34,778 nucleotides of DNA from a virus (taxonomy: Duplodnaviria > Caudoviricetes): the IMG/VR virus record IMGVR_UViG_3300024245_000004, positions 1 through 34,778 of that record; one strand, 5' to 3'. Positions 33,292 through 34,778 of the stretch are shown in pieces. Positions within the stretch are counted from its first letter, which is position 1, and each line of letters starts with the position of its first letter. The translations under genes were made by a program, and so were the position numbers. Under the pieces are notes generated by a model that did not search any database, was not told the DNA's origin, and saw only the letters and a list, made by a program, of their open reading frames with translations.

Positions 33292-34777
33292 CCAGACGGT
33301 CGATCGCCGTCACCACTCCGCTCAACGCGGGGTGATCCCCGTCGAGCTCGATCGTCAAAGCCTGCGCCCCCACCAGCGACGTGCCGGCCGTCAGCGTGAT
33401 CTTCCGCTTTGGATCGACCACCACGCCTGACTTCTGCAGCGTGCCGACGACGTCGCGCACCGATATCTGGTGCTTCAGGCACCACTCTCGGAACGACGTC
33501 TCGGCGATATAGAGCCGGCGCGTGGCGATTTCATAGCGCGCGCTGATCCGTGCGCGCGGCGTGTTGCCCATGATAGTCACCGGGTTAACGTTGCGGCCGG
33601 GGCGGAACTTGTCGGACACCGTCAGTATCTCGCCTTGGTAGGCGTTGAGGAAGTCGGCGAGGCGCGCCTGCGCCATCTCGGGGGCGGCGACGCTCGACAC
33701 GGTGCCGGCGTTGGTCGGGTCTGCCAGCTCTTTCATGAGGTAGTCGCGGATTTTGTCTATGTCGAAATGGAGGATGTCGAGATGTCTGACAATGAGGCCG
33801 GCAACGAGAATACAGGTTACGGCGGCGACGCGGTATCGGTGGGCGTTGGAAAGTCTGGTGTCTGCCCATATCTGCGTATGCAGCTTATCGAGCATTGCTC
33901 GCACGTTTTTAAGCACGTCGGGCTGCACGATGTACTGCAGGAATTTGTCACCTGCCACACCGCAATTGTCTTCCAGGCGTCGCTTGAGATCAGCGCCGGT
34001 CTCTTTGTCGAAGTCAATCGACGGACACAGCATCTGCAGCACACGAAATCCCGGGGCATCCACGCCCAGCGTGTCGAGAAGTTCTAGCAGGTCATGGTTC
34101 GAATTGGACAGGAGCAGTGTGCACCACGTCGTCTCGACCTGCCGCGTACCGCCGTCTGCCGTGCCGCGCAGCCGGTCGCGGCCGTCGCTGAAGAGGTTGA
34201 CGAACATGCGGACGACTTCGTGGTCCTTATTCCAAATTTCGTCGTAGCAGATCGGCACGTTGCACAGCGTACCCATGACGATCGGCTTCGAGACCTTGGT
34301 GTCGTCGTTCACCAGCATCATTGCTTTTTTCGTGCCCCACACCGACCAGGCACCGTCGAGAGCCCAAGACTTTCCAGCACCGGAAGTAGAGCTAAAAAGG
34401 TGGACGATGCAGCCTCCGTCGACATTGAGTAGAAGTCGCATGAGGGGCGCTGCGAACGAGGCAAGGACGCATATCCCAAGAGGGAGAGAGCTCTTACCAA
34501 AGAGCGCGTCTGCAGCTTCTGTCCAGACAACAAGGCTAGCATCAGGTCGACGTGGACCAAAATGGCCAGCTCTATTTTGGACTTCGTTTCCTCCTTGCAC
34601 CGTGATCTTTCCCGCAGGCGTATAGAGGTATTTGCCGACGAAGAACTGTGTCTGGTTTGATTTCCATCCGAACTGGTCATAGCGGGTTCCTGTGGGTCGG
34701 TTCTGGTGAAATTCTGACACGGCGCCCCTCACATAAAGGAAGAACAGTTTGGTATCGTGGATCACGATGCCGCGCTT
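33254..34777 (-). CDS. DUF927-type replicative ATPase/helicase (5'-truncated by the window edge)
   Basis: YDQFGW, LASFAAPLM, Walker A SSTSGAGKS, AWSVWG, Walker B ICYDEI; frame stays open to the edge. Confidence 0.85.
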   Translation of the reverse strand, partial: KRGIVIHDTKLFFLYVRGAVSEFHQNRPTGTRYDQFGWKSNQTQFFVGKYLYTPAGKITVQGGNEVQNRAGHFGPRRPDASLVVWTEAADALFGKSSLPLGICVLASFAAPLMRLLLNVDGGCIVHLFSSTSGAGKSWALDGAWSVWGTKKAMMLVNDDTKVSKPIVMGTLCNVPICYDEIWNKDHEVVRMFVNLFSDGRDRLRGTADGGTRQVETTWCTLLLSNSNHDLLELLDTLGVDAPGFRVLQMLCPSIDFDKETGADLKRRLEDNCGVAGDKFLQYIVQPDVLKNVRAMLDKLHTQIWADTRLSNAHRYRVAAVTCILVAGLIVRHLDILHFDIDKIRDYLMKELADPTNAGTVSSVAAPEMAQARLADFLNAYQGEILTVSDKFRPGRNVNPVTIMGNTPRARISARYEIATRRLYIAETSFREWCLKHQISVRDVVGTLQKSGVVVDPKRKITLTAGTSLVGAQALTIELDGDHPALSGVVTAIDRLVTQDQSRQPQDR

Positions 34778-34778
34778 G

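Overview
The window is most of a GC-rich, podovirus-type tailed-phage genome, probably infecting an alphaproteobacterium (inferred from apparent GANTC avoidance). Positions 1-3694 are a leftward arm of small early genes: HNH nuclease, DPPY adenine methyltransferase, two XRE-HTH proteins and hypotheticals. An AT-rich, palindrome-rich control region follows (~3700-4390). The rightward morphogenesis arm encodes endonuclease VII, KTSC, large terminase, portal, four small membrane proteins, scaffold, an N4-gp56-type major capsid with an antisense EndoVII gene behind it, adaptor, nozzle, fibre-like proteins, three ejection-type proteins and a PurD-like ATP-grasp enzyme. It converges on a partial DUF927 replication protein at the right edge. 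The most striking signal is that all seven fibre/spike/appendage-like proteins start with signal peptides and have an even number of cysteines in the predicted mature chain (2, 6, 8, 4, 2, 8, 10), while capsid, portal, adaptor and nozzle have no signal peptide. This suggests periplasmic, disulfide-dependent maturation of virion appendages that then dock on short peptide tags. Other notable items are a 25-nt-period triple hairpin before the scaffold gene, a 95-nt structured element at 181-275, an AT-recoded capsid 3' end next to a homing-type nuclease, and a TerS-like ORF overlapping the PurD-like gene. No integrase, tRNA, CRISPR array or DGR was seen. All family calls come from motif recognition by eye, not database searches.
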